Below are positions 29,686 through 38,998 of a DNA stretch of 64,000 nt, one piece after another (positions within the stretch are counted from its first letter, which is position 1; every line of letters starts with the position of its first letter). The stretch is from Halobacteriales archaeon (GTDB taxonomy: Archaea > Halobacteriota > Halobacteria > Halobacteriales > Hikarchaeaceae), in assembly GCA_034521615.1 (NCBI GenBank), contig JAXHME010000017.1:6728-70727 (forward strand), written 5' to 3'. The position numbers and the translations under genes were made by a program. Under the pieces are notes generated by a model. That model searched no databases, was not told the DNA's origin, and saw nothing but the letters and a program-made list of their open reading frames with translations.

Positions 29686-31303
29686 ATGGCGGCCGGTATC
29701 GAACGCGGTTACGTCGAGGAGGGATTCGGGGAGGTCTCCCAGCGGGTCGGCCGCGCCTTCCGGTACCTGCTGCTGGCGTCGACCCTGGTGGGCATCGTCG
29801 CGCTGGCGGCCCTGCTCGCGCTGGTGGCCTACGACGCCCTCCAGCCCGAGACCGCCGACGCGGGCTGGTACCTGACGCTGTTCGCGCTCTTCGTGCTACC
29901 GAGCATCGGCGTGGGCTGGTGGCTCCGGCAGCGGACGCCCCGCGGGCTGGTCACCGGGCTCATCGCCCTCGGAGGGCCGCTGCTCGGCCTGCTGTTCGGC
30001 TCGGGCGCTACTATGCTCTTCATCGACGTCATCCCGGCGACAACCTGGCTCGGCTACGTCGTCGCGGTCGCCTTGCCGTTCGCCTTCGTGGTTGCTCTCG
30101 AGCGCCGGCCGGGGCTCCCCTGGGCCGGAAAGCTCGTCGCCGTGCTCTTGGCGTTCGCGGGCTCGATCGCGGTCGTTCCGGGCGTGGTGACCGGCCTCCC
30201 GGTGCTGCCGGCCGATTGGCTGATCTACGTCCTAACCCTCGCGCTGCCGGCCGCAGCCGTCGTTTCGTGGTTGACGGGACGGCGCTGGCCGGACGGGGAG
30301 GCCGCGCGATACGGCGGGGCGGCGACGTTTGGCGCGGCCGTCGCGGCAGCATTCCTCGGACCCCTCGTGGGGCTGACCCCGACGCCGGCCATCATCCTCT
30401 CGCTGTCCGTCGTCGTCCCGGCAGGCCTCTACACGGCGGTAATCGTCCGGGAAGACCCGGCAACCGGGCGGGGCTGGTGCTTCCCATTGTGATCGTCGGT
30501 AGCCTCCTCCTCGCCCTGGCCGTGGCGGACCTGTTGGCCTTCGCCGGGCCGCAGTCCTGGGTCGACTGGCAGTTCCTCACGAGCAACCACAACAACGACC
30601 CCACCCAGGCCGGCGTCTACCCGGCGATGGTCGGGTCGGTGATGCTGATGATCATCGTCGCGCTGGTCTCGTTCCCGCTGGGGGTCGGGGCCGCGATCTA
30701 CCTCGAGGAGTACGCGCCCGACAACACGCTCACCCGCATCATCGACGTGAACATCTCGAACCTGGCAGGGGTGCCGAGCGTGGTGTACGGCCTGCTCGGG
30801 CTCGGGCTGTTCATCACGTACCTGAACTCCCCGCCTGGGACGGTCTTCGTCGGCGGCCTGACGCTCGCGCTCCTCATCCTCCCGATCGTCATCATCTCCT
30901 CCCGTGAGGCGGTCCGGTCGGTGCCCGACGGCATGCGGGACGCCTCCTACGGCATGGGCGCGACCCGGTGGCAGACCATCAAGAACGTCGTCCTGCCCGA
31001 GGCGTTCCCGGGCATCCTGACGGGCACGATCCTCGCGCTCGGGCGGGCCATCGGCGAGACGGCGCCGCTGATCATGATCGGCGCGCCGACGGTCGTGTTC
31101 GGGTTGCCCACGAGCCTCTTCAGCCGGGTTAGCGCGATGCCCATGCAGATCTACACCTGGGCCACGACGTTCGCCGACAACAGGACGTCTACCAGTACGG
31201 CGTCGTCGCGGCCGGCGTCGTCACCCTGCTGGTGATCCTGCTCGCCCTCAACTCCGCGGCCATCATCATCCGGAACAGATATCAGCGGAGGACCGGACAG
31301 TGA
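29686..31303 (+). pseudogene. pstA: Phosphate ABC transporter permease PstA with a long N-terminal multi-TM extension; two frame breaks (about 30470-30473 and about 31179-31183)
   Basis: Track ORF 29686..30492 (N-terminal extension), then the frame of 29919..31235 (LVLPIVIVGSLLL...AIYLEEYAP...GRAIGETAPLIMIGA...MPMQIYTWATTFADN), then a third frame (own translation QDVYQYGVVAAGVVTLLVILLALNSAAIIIRNRYQRRTGQ*, stop 31301-31303). Confidence 0.85.
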
Positions 31304-31315
31304 ATCGACAGCCCG

Positions 31316-32208
31316 ATGGAGAATCGACCTAGCGCTCCGAGGTGCGAGACGCGACGAGCCGACCAGGCGGCCGCGCCAGCGCGCGGCGACGGTCGCTCGT
31401 CGAGACCGAACGCCATCGCCGGACTAGCCGAGGACGCCGAGGCCGAGCAGCCGTCAGCGAACCCGTCATCGAAGCCCGAGGACTCAACGTCTACTACGGC
31501 GACGATCGCGCGCTCTCCGACGTCGATATCGCGATTCCGGAACGCCGGGTGACGGCCATCATCGGCCCGTCTGGCTGTGGCAAGTCGACGTTCCTCCGTT
31601 CCATCAACCGGATGAACGACCTGGTCGAGAGCGCCCGGGTCGAGGGCGAGCTGCTCTTCAACGGCAAGAACGTCTACGACGACGACGTCGACCCGGTCGC
31701 ACTGCGCCGGCGCATCGGGATGGTGTTTCAGACCCCCAACCCGTTCCCCAAGAGCATCTACGACAACGTGGCCTACGGGCTCCGCGTCCAGGGCCAGACC
31801 GACGATCTCGACGCCGCAGTGGAGACCGCGCTCCGCCGGGCCGCCCTCTGGGACGAGGTGGCCGACCGCCTGGAAGGGTCCGGGCTCGAGCTCTCGGGCG
31901 GCCAGCAGCAGCGCCTCTGCATCGCCCGCGCCATCGCCGTCGACCCGGAGGTCATCCTCATGGACGAGCCCGCCAGCGCGCTCGATCCCGTCGCCACCTC
32001 CCAGATCGAGGACCTCATCGAGGAGCTCGCCGAAGACTACACGGTCGTCATCGTCACCCACAACATGCAACAGGCCGCCCGAATCTCGGATAGGACGGCC
32101 GTCTTCCTCACCGGCGGCGAGCTGGTCGAGTTCGGCGACACGAACGCCATCTTCGAGAACCCCGAGAGCCAGCGCGTCGAAGACTACATCACCGGGAAGT
32201 TCGGCTGA
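31316..32208 (+). CDS. pstB: Phosphate ABC transporter ATP-binding protein PstB (N-terminus uncertain)
   Basis: Conserved core from about 31460 in track ORF 31342..32208 ([45 protein letters not shown]...[14 protein letters not shown]...). Start is either GTG 31342 in frame (Arg-rich leader) or ATG 31316 in another frame, joined by a possible 1-nt loss in CCC 31462-31464. Confidence 0.9.
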
Positions 32209-32210
32209 CC

Positions 32211-32891
32211 ATGCCACGACAGAGCTACCAGGAGCAGTTGGCGGACCTCCGCGAGAACGTACTGTACATGAGCGAGGTCGTCCTCGAGCGCCTCCGGCTC
32301 GGGCTCGACGCCCTCGAGCAGAAGGACGACGACCTCGCCTGGGAGGTCATCGACGGCGACGACGAGGTGAACGACCTCTACCTCCAGCTCGAGCAGGACT
32401 GCATCGACCTGCTGGCGCTCCAGCAGCCGGTCGCCGGCGACCTCCGGTTCATCGCCGCGTCGTTCAAGATCATCACCGACCTCGAGCGCATCGGCGACCT
32501 CGCGGTCAACCTCGGCGACTACGCGCTCGAGGCCGACCGCGACGTCTTCCCGGACGTCGACATCCAGGGCCTCGGGACCGAGGTCCAGGAGATGGTCGAG
32601 GGGGCGATGGCCGCCTACGACGAGGAGGACACCGAGGCCTGCTTCGCGATCGCCGAGCGCGACGACGACGTCGACGCGGGCTGCAACCGGGCGAGCGAGG
32701 TCGTCGTCCGCGACCTCATCGAGACCCAGCTCGAGGAGGGCGGCGACGACGAGTCCGTCGAGCGGCTGCTGACCGACGTCCAGCGGCTGCTGTTGACCAT
32801 CCGCGACCTCGAGCGCGTCGGCGACCACGCCGTCAACATCGCGGCGCGGACGCTCTACATGGTCGAGAACTCCGACGAGCTGATCTACTAG
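32211..32891 (+). CDS. phoU: Phosphate transport system regulatory protein PhoU
   Basis: 226 aa, two PhoU repeats (...DDEVNDLYLQLEQDCIDLLALQQPVAGDLRFI...DLERIGDLAVN... and ...DLERVGDHAVNIA...). Confidence 0.92.
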   Translation: MPRQSYQEQLADLRENVLYMSEVVLERLRLGLDALEQKDDDLAWEVIDGDDEVNDLYLQLEQDCIDLLALQQPVAGDLRFIAASFKIITDLERIGDLAVNLGDYALEADRDVFPDVDIQGLGTEVQEMVEGAMAAYDEEDTEACFAIAERDDDVDAGCNRASEVVVRDLIETQLEEGGDDESVERLLTDVQRLLLTIRDLERVGDHAVNIAARTLYMVENSDELIY

Positions 32892-32943
32892 CGGTCGGCC
32901 GACGTCACGAGGGTGCTCACGCCAGCCGACAACCTCGACGGGA

Positions 32944-33321
32944 TCACCCCGCCACCGAACAGATCCCGGACGTGTCCAGGTGCGCGACCACCACGCCGAC
33001 GAGCGCCTCCGACGTGACCCGCTCCTTGACGTCGCGGTTGACCCCCCTGGCTATCACGTACCCCTCCTCGTGGGCGACCCCGACGACCTCGTGGACGATC
33101 AGCCCGGAGCCGCTCCGGTAGACGATGACGTCGCTGACGTGGACGGCCGGCGCGGTGTCCCGGATCGTGTCGACGATGAGGAGGTCGCAGTTCTGATATC
33201 GCGGCTCCATCGAATCGCCGGTGCCGACGACGACATCCACCCCCATGCTCGCGAGGAGGGCCACGACGAGCAGGGCGGCTATTACGAGTCGACGCCGCCC
33301 GATCCGCCCGGTGTCGATCAC
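32944..33321 (-). CDS. Miniature S26/Sec11-type signal peptidase I-like protein with an N-terminal membrane anchor
   Basis: 125 aa, GTG start. RRRLVIAALLVVALLA (anchor), GTGDSMEPRY (catalytic-Ser box), ...GLIVHEVVGV... (His box as in Sec11/SipW-type enzymes), ...ARGVNRDVKE... Contains rare codons (gta, ata, tat, agg). Confidence 0.6.
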   Translation of the reverse strand: MIDTGRIGRRRLVIAALLVVALLASMGVDVVVGTGDSMEPRYQNCDLLIVDTIRDTAPAVHVSDVIVYRSGSGLIVHEVVGVAHEEGYVIARGVNRDVKERVTSEALVGVVVAHLDTSGICSVAG

Positions 33322-33451
33322 CGGCGGAAGCCCCCCTCAGATGGCGCGGTTGGACCCCGGTCAACCACCGGGAGAAAGTCGCCTGTGACCCTGTGGTCCG
33401 CCCGGAGACGGCCCCTCATCACTGAAGACGAGAAGAACCTAACCAATAGCC

Positions 33452-33637
33452 CTAGGGATGGCTGAAACGGCCCTTGTACATTGCGCCGGAGACGGATGCT
33501 GCGTCCCTAGTGGGGTCGACTTCGCACGCGGTGTGCGGGAGGACATTCGGGCCGATCTCGGAGGCCGGGCTGGAACAGTTGATTGACCCGGAGCCGGTGC
33601 CCTCGGACTCGAATCCGTGGGTGTCACCGTCGCTCAC
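33452..33637 (-). CDS. Hypothetical small acidic Gly/Ser-rich protein (61 aa, 2 Cys), upstream of the mini signal peptidase on the same strand
   Basis: Track ORF MSDGDTHGFESEGTGSGSINCSSPASEIGPNVLPHTACEVDPTRDAASVSGAMYKGRFSHP. GTG start directly after an in-frame stop. GC3 is high by my codon-by-codon reading. No recognisable family. Confidence 0.3.
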   Translation of the reverse strand: MSDGDTHGFESEGTGSGSINCSSPASEIGPNVLPHTACEVDPTRDAASVSGAMYKGRFSHP

Positions 33638-33694
33638 TCAAAGGGTCCTTTGGCCCTTGAGAACGCTTAATGGACCCACTCAAGAAGCAAAAGC

Positions 33695-33970
33695 ATGGCT
33701 GCTGAATCCGGTGGCGCGTCGGTCACCGCACGGGACGTCCTCGAGGAGGGAGGTCGGATCATCGCCATCCTGGTCTTCTGGGGGCTGCTGGCTGCGCTCG
33801 CCCGCTACGGGGTGGGGAATATCGGCCTGGCACGGCCGGGGCACCTGTTCTTCGAGCTCGGGAGGAACCTCGCCATCATCTTCGTCGTCACCGGCCTCGC
33901 CAGCGTCCTCCTCTTCGTGATCGCCCGGGGCATCCAACTGTCCGGGGAGTCGCATCCGGTCGAACGGTGA
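33695..33970 (+). CDS. Hypothetical small membrane protein (2 predicted TM segments)
   Basis: 91 aa, ...GRIIAILVFWGLLAALARYGV...NLAIIFVVTGLASVLLFVIARG... Its stop overlaps the next start (GTGA). Confidence 0.5.
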   Translation: MAAESGGASVTARDVLEEGGRIIAILVFWGLLAALARYGVGNIGLARPGHLFFELGRNLAIIFVVTGLASVLLFVIARGIQLSGESHPVER

Positions 33971-34413
33971 CCCCGCTGACGAAGGTGGTGACCGCGACCC
34001 GCGTCGGCCTCGTCGTCCTCGCCGCCGCAATCAGCGCCCTGACCGTCCGCCAGCTCACGTCGATGCCACCGCCGCCGTCCGGCAGCGACGGGTTCGCCCA
34101 CGGGATGGCGGCCGCGTTCGGCGGCGGCCTCATCCTGGTGTCGCTCGGGGTGGCCACGATCGGCATCATCACCCCCTCGCTGCTGGGGCGTCACGATCCG
34201 CTGAGGTTCACCCGGCCGCAGCGGCTGGCCCTGAAGGCGGCCGGCGGGGTGGTCGGCCTGGGCGTCGTCCTCGCGCTCGTTGCCGGGCTCGAGGGAGTCT
34301 TCCTCCTGCTCGTCCTCGTGGTGCTCGCCTACGCCGTCGTCCTGGCGATGCTGCTCTGGCGGGCCGGCGAGCTCGTCGCCGAGCGCCGGAAAAGCAGGGC
34401 AGGGCCGAGCTGA
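33967..34413 (+). CDS. Hypothetical membrane protein (about 4 predicted TM segments)
   Basis: 148 aa, ...VGLVVLAAAISALTV..., ...FGGGLILVSLGVATIGIITPSLL..., ...VVGLGVVLALVAGLEGVFLLLVLVVLAYAVVLAMLLW... Confidence 0.5.
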   Translation: MTPLTKVVTATRVGLVVLAAAISALTVRQLTSMPPPPSGSDGFAHGMAAAFGGGLILVSLGVATIGIITPSLLGRHDPLRFTRPQRLALKAAGGVVGLGVVLALVAGLEGVFLLLVLVVLAYAVVLAMLLWRAGELVAERRKSRAGPS

Positions 34414-34641
34414 TCGTCCACCGACGAACGGACTACCGGTCTGGGCGGACGTGATGGCGGGAGGGCGGTCCGTTCGTTGGGCCGGCGTATTCCCCCCTCA
34501 GTGCAGTCGAACGGGACCGCTGAGGCGCAGACTCGTGCCGAAATCCGTTACTCCGGTACTGCGCAATCGGGAGCCCAGGATAGAGCCACCGCCAGGGGTG
34601 GCGGCCACACTGAGAATCGCCCCCCGACCGGCCGAGCGCCC

Positions 34642-36864
34642 CTACTGGAACCCGATCCGGCTGCCGGGCCTCCGGTCGGCCGGCCCCGACGACCCCTTGA
34701 ACTCCTCCTTCATCTGCTCGTAGTAGTCGAGGATGTCCTCGGTGATGGTGGGCCGGACGCTCTCCATCGCCTTGCGGAAGTGGCGCATCTCGACCTCGTC
34801 GGCCTCCGGGTCGTCCCGCAGGGCCTCGATGGCGGCCTCCCGGGCGATGCTCTCGAGGTCCGAGCCGACGTAGCCGTCGGTGATCTCGGCGAGCTCGCGG
34901 AGGCTCACGTCGGCGGTGAGCGGCATCGACTCGGTGTGGATGCGGAGGATCTCCTCGCGGCCGCCGACCTCGGGCTCGCCGATCATCACGAGCCGGTCGA
35001 ACCGGCCCGAGCGGATGAGCGCGGGGTCGATCATGTCCGGCCGGTTGGTCGCCGCGATGACCATCACGTTCTCCATCTCCTCGAGGCCGTCGAGCTCGGT
35101 CAGGAGCTGGTTGACGACCCGCTCGGAGACGTTGTTGCCGTCGTCGGCGCCGCGGTTCGGCGCGATGGCGTCGAGCTCGTCGAAGAAGATGACGACGGGC
35201 GCCACCTGCCGGGCCTTCCGGAACGTCTGGCGGATGGCCTTCTCGGACTCGCCGACCCACTTGCTGAGCAGCTGGGGCCCGCGGATCGAGATGAAGTTGG
35301 CGTCGGTCTCGTTGGCGACGGCCTTCGCCATCAGCGTCTTGCCGGTGCCGGGCGGCCCGTAGAGCATCACGCCGGCCGGCGGGTTGATGCCCATGCGGGC
35401 GAACCGCTCGGGCGTCCGCAGCGGCCACTCGATGGACTCCTTGATGGCCTCCTTGGCCTCGTCGAGCCCGCCGACGTCCTCCCAGGTGACCTTCGGGATC
35501 TCGACGAGCACCTCGCGCATCGCCGACGGCTCGACCTCGCCCAGCGCGCCGCGGAAGTCGTCGCGCTTGATGATCATCCGGTCGATGAGGCTCGGCGGGA
35601 TGTCCTCCTCGTCGAGGTCGATCTCGGGGAGGTAGCGCCGGAGCGCGCGCATCGCGGCCTCCTTGGTGAGGCTCTCGATGTCGGCGCCGACGAAGCCGTG
35701 GGTGTCCTCGGCGAGCGAGGTGAGCTCCACGTCGTCCGAGAGCGGCATGCCGCGGGTGTGGATCTGGAGGATCTCGCGGCGGCCGACCTCGTCGGGGACG
35801 GCGATCTCGATCTCGCGGTCGAACCGGCCGGGCCGGCGGAGCGCCGGGTCGATGGCGTCGACGCGGTTCGTCGCCGCGATGACGATGACCTGCCCGCGCG
35901 CCTCGAGGCCGTCCATCATCGTCAGCAGCTGGGCGACGACGCGGCGCTCGACCTCGCCGGTGACGTCCTCGCGCTTCGGGGCGATGGAGTCGAGCTCGTC
36001 GATGAAGATGATCGCCGGCGACTCGTCGGCCGCGTCCTCGAAGATCTCCCGGAGCTGCTGTTCGGACTCGCCGTAGTACTTCGAGATGATCTCGGGGCCC
36101 GCGATCGAGAAGAAGCTCGCCGAGGTCTCGTTGGCGACGGCCTTCGCGAGCAGGGTCTTCCCGGTGCCCGGCGGCCCGTGCAGCAGGACGCCCTGCGGGG
36201 GCTCGATGCCGAGCTTCTGGAAGATCTGCGGGTGCTTCATCGGGAGCTCGACCATCTCCCGGACCCGCTGGATCTCGTCCTGGAGGCCGCCGATGTCCTC
36301 GTAGGTGATGCCGCCGCCGGTCTTCTCGAAGCCCGAGATGGGCTCCTCGCGGAGCTCGACGTCGGTGTCCTCGGTGACCAGCACGATGTCCTCGGGCTCG
36401 GTGTCGACCGCGATGAGCGGGATCGCCTGGCCCGGCGAGCGCATGAACGGGTGGTTCGTCGAGGACATCACGGGGACGATGTCGGTCTCGACGACGGGCC
36501 GCTTGAGGATCTGGCGCTTGACCATGCCGGCGGCGTCGGAGCCGAACTGGACGCTCGCCTCCTCGGGCGGCGCCAGCACGAGCTTCTCGGCCTTCGTCGC
36601 CTCGGCCTTGCGGATGGTCACCCGCTCGCCGATGCCGACGTCGGCGTTCTGGCGGGTGAAGCCGTCGATGCGGACGGTGTCGGTGTTCCAGTCCTGGCGG
36701 TCCGCGCGCCAGACCTTCGCGGCGGTGCGCTCGCCGCCCTCGATCTCGATGATGTCGCCGGGGCTGAGCTTCAGGTGCAGGAGCGTGTCGGGATCGAGCC
36801 GGGCGATGCCGCGCCCGGAGTCGTTGGGGTAGGCCTTCGAGACCTCGAGTTGGACCTCGTTCAT
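34642..36864 (-). CDS. cdc48: AAA+ ATPase Cdc48/p97 (VCP-like; CdcH-type)
   Basis: 740 aa. N-domain [43 protein letters not shown]..., two Walker A boxes ([17 protein letters not shown] and [17 protein letters not shown]), C-terminal ...RIGFQ. Confidence 0.96.
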   Translation of the reverse strand: MNEVQLEVSKAYPNDSGRGIARLDPDTLLHLKLSPGDIIEIEGGERTAAKVWRADRQDWNTDTVRIDGFTRQNADVGIGERVTIRKAEATKAEKLVLAPPEEASVQFGSDAAGMVKRQILKRPVVETDIVPVMSSTNHPFMRSPGQAIPLIAVDTEPEDIVLVTEDTDVELREEPISGFEKTGGGITYEDIGGLQDEIQRVREMVELPMKHPQIFQKLGIEPPQGVLLHGPPGTGKTLLAKAVANETSASFFSIAGPEIISKYYGESEQQLREIFEDAADESPAIIFIDELDSIAPKREDVTGEVERRVVAQLLTMMDGLEARGQVIVIAATNRVDAIDPALRRPGRFDREIEIAVPDEVGRREILQIHTRGMPLSDDVELTSLAEDTHGFVGADIESLTKEAAMRALRRYLPEIDLDEEDIPPSLIDRMIIKRDDFRGALGEVEPSAMREVLVEIPKVTWEDVGGLDEAKEAIKESIEWPLRTPERFARMGINPPAGVMLYGPPGTGKTLMAKAVANETDANFISIRGPQLLSKWVGESEKAIRQTFRKARQVAPVVIFFDELDAIAPNRGADDGNNVSERVVNQLLTELDGLEEMENVMVIAATNRPDMIDPALIRSGRFDRLVMIGEPEVGGREEILRIHTESMPLTADVSLRELAEITDGYVGSDLESIAREAAIEALRDDPEADEVEMRHFRKAMESVRPTITEDILDYYEQMKEEFKGSSGPADRRPGSRIGFQ

Positions 36865-36885
36865 GGTTCGCGGGGGAGTGCTATC

Positions 36886-36915
36886 AGAACTAGGGGTCCC
36901 GGCCGGGATAGTTCT
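36886..36915. promoter_or_regulatory. Imperfect palindrome AGAACTAggggTCCCGG|CCGGGATAGTTCT, 22-51 nt upstream of the cdc48 start
   Basis: Read directly in the cdc48/larC divergent spacer. Overlaps the expected TATA/BRE position for cdc48. Confidence 0.35.
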
Positions 36916-37028
36916 TGTGTTGGCGGCCCCGCCGCCCGCCCGGGGTTTGGCCGCCGCTCGTCAGCCCGGCGTCGGCCGGGCGGCCGACGACCGGCGCGCT
37001 TTTCGCCCCCGGGCCCCGCGGCCCTCAC

Positions 37029-38570
37029 ATGCGAACGCTCGCCCTCGACGGCCGGACCGGCGCGAGCGGCGACATGCTGCTCGGCGCCCTGCTCGCGGCG
37101 GGTGCCGACCCCGGGGTCCTCGCGCCCGTCGAGGACGCCCTCGGCGTCGAGTACGCCGTCGAGACGGTTCGGAAGGCCGGGGTGACGGCGACCTCGGTGA
37201 CGGTGCAGCGCCCCGACGGGACGCCGGTCGAGGGCGGCGACGGGCACCGACACTACGGCTCGGTCGTCGAGCTGGTCGAGGCGATGGGCCTCCCAGAACC
37301 GGTCGAGGAAGCGGCGCTCGGCGCCTTCGAGCGGCTCGGCCGCGCCGAGGCCGCCGTTCATGGCACCGACCTCGAGGAGACCCACTTCCACGAGGTGGGC
37401 GCGGACGACGCGATCGCGGACGTGGTCGGCGTCGCGCTGCTCGTCGACGACCTCGACGTCGAGCGGCTGGTCACGACGCCCGTCGCCGCGGGCGGTGGGG
37501 AGGTCGAGATGAACCACGGGACGTACCCCGTGCCCCCGCCGGCCGTCGTCGAGATCGCCGAGGGCGCGAGCTGGGAGCTGGTCGGCGGCCCCGTCGACGT
37601 CGAGCTGCTGACCCCGACCGGCGCGGCGCTGCTCGCCGAGCTCGCCGAGGGGGTGCCGTCGCTGCCGGAGCTCCGGGTCGAGGCGTCGGGCTACGGCGCC
37701 GGGAAGCGCGACCTGGAGGCCCGGCCGAACGTGCTCCGGGCGGTCGTCGGCGAGGCGACCGGCGGCCTGCGCCCCGACGCGGCGACCGTCCTCGAGACGA
37801 ACCTCGACGACGCCACCCCGGAGGTGCTCGGCGGCCTGCACGAGTCGCTCGCGGCGGCCGGCGCGCGGGACGTCACGGTCGTGCCGACGACGATGAAGAA
37901 GTCCCGGCCGGGCCACCTCGTGACGGTCGTGGTGAAGCCGGCGGACGCCGAGCGGGTCGCCCGGCGGCTGGCCGAGGAGACGGGCACGCTCGGCGTCCGG
38001 GAGGTCGGCGCGGGCCACCGGTGGATCGCCGAGCGGCGGTTCGTCACCGCGACGCTGCTCGAGGCCGGCGAGCGCCACCCCGTGACGGTGAAGCTCGGGA
38101 GCGACGACGCCGGGGAGGTCTACGACGTCAGCGCGGAGTACGACGAGGCCGCCGCGCTCGCGGAGGAGCTGGAGCTGCCCGTGCGGGACGTGATGCGGCG
38201 GGCCGAGACCGCCGCCCGACAGGCCGGCGCGCTCGACGACACCCTGCTGCACGTGATCGAGGCCGACGACTGGGACGCGCTGGAGGGAGCCTACGCGCCG
38301 GCCTCGCTCGACGACGAGGGGTTCATCCACCTCTCGACGGCCGACCGGATCGTCGGCGTCGCCCAGTACAACTACCCTGACGCGGACGACCCCCAGCTGC
38401 TGGTCATCGACCGCGAGGCGATCGAGGCGGACGTCCGGTACGAGGAGCAGCCCTCGGGGGCGTTCCCGCACCTCTATGCGCCCCTCGACGTCGACGCCGT
38501 CGAGGAGGTCCTCGCGTTCCCCCGGGTTGACGGGCGCTACGAGCTGCCGGCGGCGCTCGAGGCCCGCTGA
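37029..38570 (+). CDS. larC: LarC-family nickel-insertion protein (DUF111) fused to a C-terminal DUF952 domain
   Basis: Internal ATG 37029. MRTLALDGRTGASGDMLLGALLAAGADP...HFHEVGADDAIADVVGV...MNHGTYPVPPPAV...LLTPTGAALL...MKKSRPGHLV... C-terminal ~110 aa: LLHVIEADDWDALEGAYAPASLDDEGFIHLSTADRIVGVAQ...LLVIDREAIEADVRYEEQPSGAFPHLYAPLDVDAV. Confidence 0.85.
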   Translation: MRTLALDGRTGASGDMLLGALLAAGADPGVLAPVEDALGVEYAVETVRKAGVTATSVTVQRPDGTPVEGGDGHRHYGSVVELVEAMGLPEPVEEAALGAFERLGRAEAAVHGTDLEETHFHEVGADDAIADVVGVALLVDDLDVERLVTTPVAAGGGEVEMNHGTYPVPPPAVVEIAEGASWELVGGPVDVELLTPTGAALLAELAEGVPSLPELRVEASGYGAGKRDLEARPNVLRAVVGEATGGLRPDAATVLETNLDDATPEVLGGLHESLAAAGARDVTVVPTTMKKSRPGHLVTVVVKPADAERVARRLAEETGTLGVREVGAGHRWIAERRFVTATLLEAGERHPVTVKLGSDDAGEVYDVSAEYDEAAALAEELELPVRDVMRRAETAARQAGALDDTLLHVIEADDWDALEGAYAPASLDDEGFIHLSTADRIVGVAQYNYPDADDPQLLVIDREAIEADVRYEEQPSGAFPHLYAPLDVDAVEEVLAFPRVDGRYELPAALEAR

Positions 38571-38608
38571 ACGGTAACGCGTTTGCCGTCGTGGGCCCTG
38601 GGCGGGAC

Positions 38609-38998
38609 ATGGAACGGACCCGGATCGACTCCGGCACCGAGTGGGAGGCGCGGGTCGGCTACTCGCGGGCCGTCCGCGTCGGCCCGCACGTCCACGTCTC
38701 GGGGACGACGGCCACCGACGACGCCGGCGAGCTCGTGGGCGTCGGCGACATGGCGGCCCAGGCCGAGCAGGCGTTCGCCAACGTCGAATCGGCGCTCGAG
38801 CGCGCCGGCGCCCGGCTCGCCGACGTGGTGCGGACCCGGGTGTACGTCACCGACGTCGAGCGATGGGAGGCGGTCGGCGACGCCCACGGCGAGTACTTCG
38901 GGACCGTCCGGCCGGCGATGAGCCTCGTCGAGGTGTCCGGACTCGTCGACGAGCGGATGCTCGTCGAGGTCGAGGCCGACGCGTTCGTCGACGGCTAG
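38609..38998 (+). CDS. RidA/YjgF/UK114-family protein
   Basis: MERTRIDSGTEWEARVGYSRAVRVGPHVHVSGTTATDDAGELVGVGDMAAQAEQAFANVESALERAGARLADVVRTRVYV...VEVEADAFV. Confidence 0.85.
   Translation: MERTRIDSGTEWEARVGYSRAVRVGPHVHVSGTTATDDAGELVGVGDMAAQAEQAFANVESALERAGARLADVVRTRVYVTDVERWEAVGDAHGEYFGTVRPAMSLVEVSGLVDERMLVEVEADAFVDG

Noticed and set aside
33452-33637. The 61-aa Cys/Ser/Thr-containing ORF as a RiPP or halocin-type precursor processed by the adjacent mini peptidase.
   Set aside because: There is no leader or signal motif, no modification enzymes and no transporter. The ORF itself is only weakly supported. It is retained as a hypothetical feature, and the precursor idea is not claimed.
34424-34477. 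10-bp inverted repeat ACGAACGGAC...GTCCGTTCGT (34-nt loop) downstream of the small membrane-protein pair, considered as a structured RNA.
   Set aside because: It is a single stem with a large loop in a convergent spacer. There is no covariation evidence and no adjacent oligo-T. It is compatible with chance or a simple transcript-end structure.
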